DNA of 35,549 nucleotides from Kofleriaceae bacterium (GTDB lineage Bacteria; Myxococcota_A; Polyangia; Haliangiales; Haliangiaceae): NCBI GenBank assembly GCA_035558535.1, contig DATMCI010000364.1, positions 1 to 35,549 of the forward strand, read 5' to 3'. Shown piece by piece: positions 34,481 to 35,549 of this stretch (position 1 is its first letter; each line of letters starts with the position of its first letter). The notes under the pieces were generated by a model. It saw only the letters and a program-made list of their open reading frames with translations, ran no database searches and was not told where the DNA came from. The position numbers and the translations under genes were made by a program.

Positions 34481-35549
34481 GTGAAGCAGCTCGCGCTCGT
34501 GGTTTGTACTGCGCTCTGGATCGTGGCCACTGGCTGTGGTGACAACCTGACGGCGATAAGCGTTGAAGACTGCGCGGTCGTCGGCGACGAGGACAACAAC
34601 GGACTGGCCGACTGCGACGACACAGCCTGCGCGCAGGCGGTCGAATGCGCGGCCGGCTGCGGCAACAGCCGGATGGATCCGGGCGAGGAGTGCGACGACG
34701 GCAACCTCGTCGACAACGACGGCTGCGACATGAACTGCACGAAGCCCAAGTGCGGCAACGGCCGGAAGAACACGGACGAGGCCTGCGACGACGGCAACAC
34801 CACGAACGGCGACGGCTGCGACAGCAACTGCACCGTCACGGCGTGCGGCAACGGCATCGTCACCACCGGCGAGACCTGCGACGACGGCAACGCGACGAGC
34901 GGCGACGGCTGCGACAACAACTGCAAGCCGACGGGCTGCGGCAACGGCGTGGTCACCGGCACCGAGGTGTGCGACGACGGCAACGTCACCGATAACGACG
35001 GCTGCGACAGCAACTGCCGGCCGACGGGCTGCGGCAACGGCGTGGTGACGGGCACCGAGGCGTGCGACGACGGCAACAGCACGAACGGCGACGGCTGCGA
35101 CAACAACTGCACGGCGACGGCGTGCGGCAACGGGATCCCGGCGGGCACGGAGGCGTGCGACGACGGCAACGCCATGAATGGCGATGGCTGCGACAACAAC
35201 TGCACGGCGACGGCGTGCGGCAACGGGATCCCGACGGGCACGGAGGCGTGCGACGACGGCAACACGACGAACGGCGACGGCTGCGACGTCAACTGCACGG
35301 CGACGGCGTGCGGCAACGGGATCCCGACGGGCACGGAGGCGTGCGACGACGGCAACACCACGAACGGCGACGGCTGCGACAGCAACTGCACGGCGACGGC
35401 GTGCGGCAACGGGATCCCGACGGGCACGGAGGCGTGCGACGACGGCAACACGACGAACGGTGACGGTTGCGACAACAACTGCACGGCGACGGCGTGCGGC
35501 AACGGGATCCCGACGGGCACGGAGGCGTGCGACGACGGCAACACGACGA
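34481..35549 (+). CDS. Lipoprotein composed of tandem Myxococcus cysteine-rich repeats (TIGR02232-type), 3' partial
   Basis: GTG start at 34481 (MKQLALVVCTALWIVATGC, a lipobox) with the purine-rich gaggggag upstream. It is not in the ORF track because it has a GTG start and runs off the window. It translates to nine or more repeats of CGNG(I/V)xxxGE(A/T)CDDGNxTNGDGCDxNC(T/K)xT, each 40 aa (120 bp). The last four copies are nearly identical at the nucleotide level. Confidence 0.8.
   Translation, partial: MKQLALVVCTALWIVATGCGDNLTAISVEDCAVVGDEDNNGLADCDDTACAQAVECAAGCGNSRMDPGEECDDGNLVDNDGCDMNCTKPKCGNGRKNTDEACDDGNTTNGDGCDSNCTVTACGNGIVTTGETCDDGNATSGDGCDNNCKPTGCGNGVVTGTEVCDDGNVTDNDGCDSNCRPTGCGNGVVTGTEACDDGNSTNGDGCDNNCTATACGNGIPAGTEACDDGNAMNGDGCDNNCTATACGNGIPTGTEACDDGNTTNGDGCDVNCTATACGNGIPTGTEACDDGNTTNGDGCDSNCTATACGNGIPTGTEACDDGNTTNGDGCDNNCTATACGNGIPTGTEACDDGNTT

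Noticed and set aside
34399-35544. 381-aa minus-strand ORF with PLPHAVAVQLLSQPSPFVVLPSSHASVPVGI repeats
   Set aside because: It is the antisense reading of the 120-bp tandem repeats of the plus-strand cysteine-rich-repeat lipoprotein. The forward frame gives a well-known repeat family with a lipoprotein signal peptide.
34640-35549. Possible CRISPR array suggested by regular 120-bp periodicity
   Set aside because: The repeats are protein-coding (cysteine-rich repeat units) with no unique spacers. No cas genes are present.

Overview
This 35.5 kb window is very GC-rich (about 70%) and looks like myxobacterial (Polyangiaceae/Sorangiineae-like) chromosome. Two things support that: a lipoprotein built from tandem Myxococcus cysteine-rich repeats (CGNGxxxxGEACDDGNxxNGDGCDxNC) at the 3' end, and codon usage with extreme GC at the third position. 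I can support about 30 genes. Because the DNA is so GC-rich, most long ORFs in the six-frame track are frame artefacts, and several listed ORFs are composites of a real gene plus a spurious extension.

Housekeeping-type genes: a DJ-1/PfpI protein, a LEA14/WHy lipoprotein, a NarL/LuxR response regulator, a SprT-like/DUF2786 protein, a flavin amine oxidase, a GAF-GGDEF protein with a degenerate AADEF active site, an M14 carboxypeptidase, a CPA2/Kef antiporter with a TrkA-N domain, a type-B carboxylesterase lipoprotein and a serpin.

Accessory or unusual content:
1. A large DUF4157 (zincin-like HExxH) protein with a C-terminal OTU-like cysteine-protease domain, in a patch of lower GC and next to a tandemly duplicated IS200/IS605-family Y1 (HuH) transposase element.
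2. A bacterial homologue of the eukaryotic major vault protein (MVP, about 860 aa). It is transcribed divergently from an overlapping two-gene module (an XRE-HTH protein plus a minimal nucleotidyltransferase-like protein, resembling AbiEi/AbiEii or HTH/DUF6036). The shared intergenic region carries four copies of a 16-bp palindromic operator.
3. A two-gene cassette (an M23 peptidase fused to a Trp-rich beta-propeller lectin-like domain, and a YjiK/phytase-like propeller lipoprotein) bracketed by a duplicated 3' fragment of a lipoprotein gene.
4. A 1.2 kb low-GC islet holding a small protein plus an XRE protein with a C-terminal HTH.

I did not see rRNA, tRNA or CRISPR arrays.
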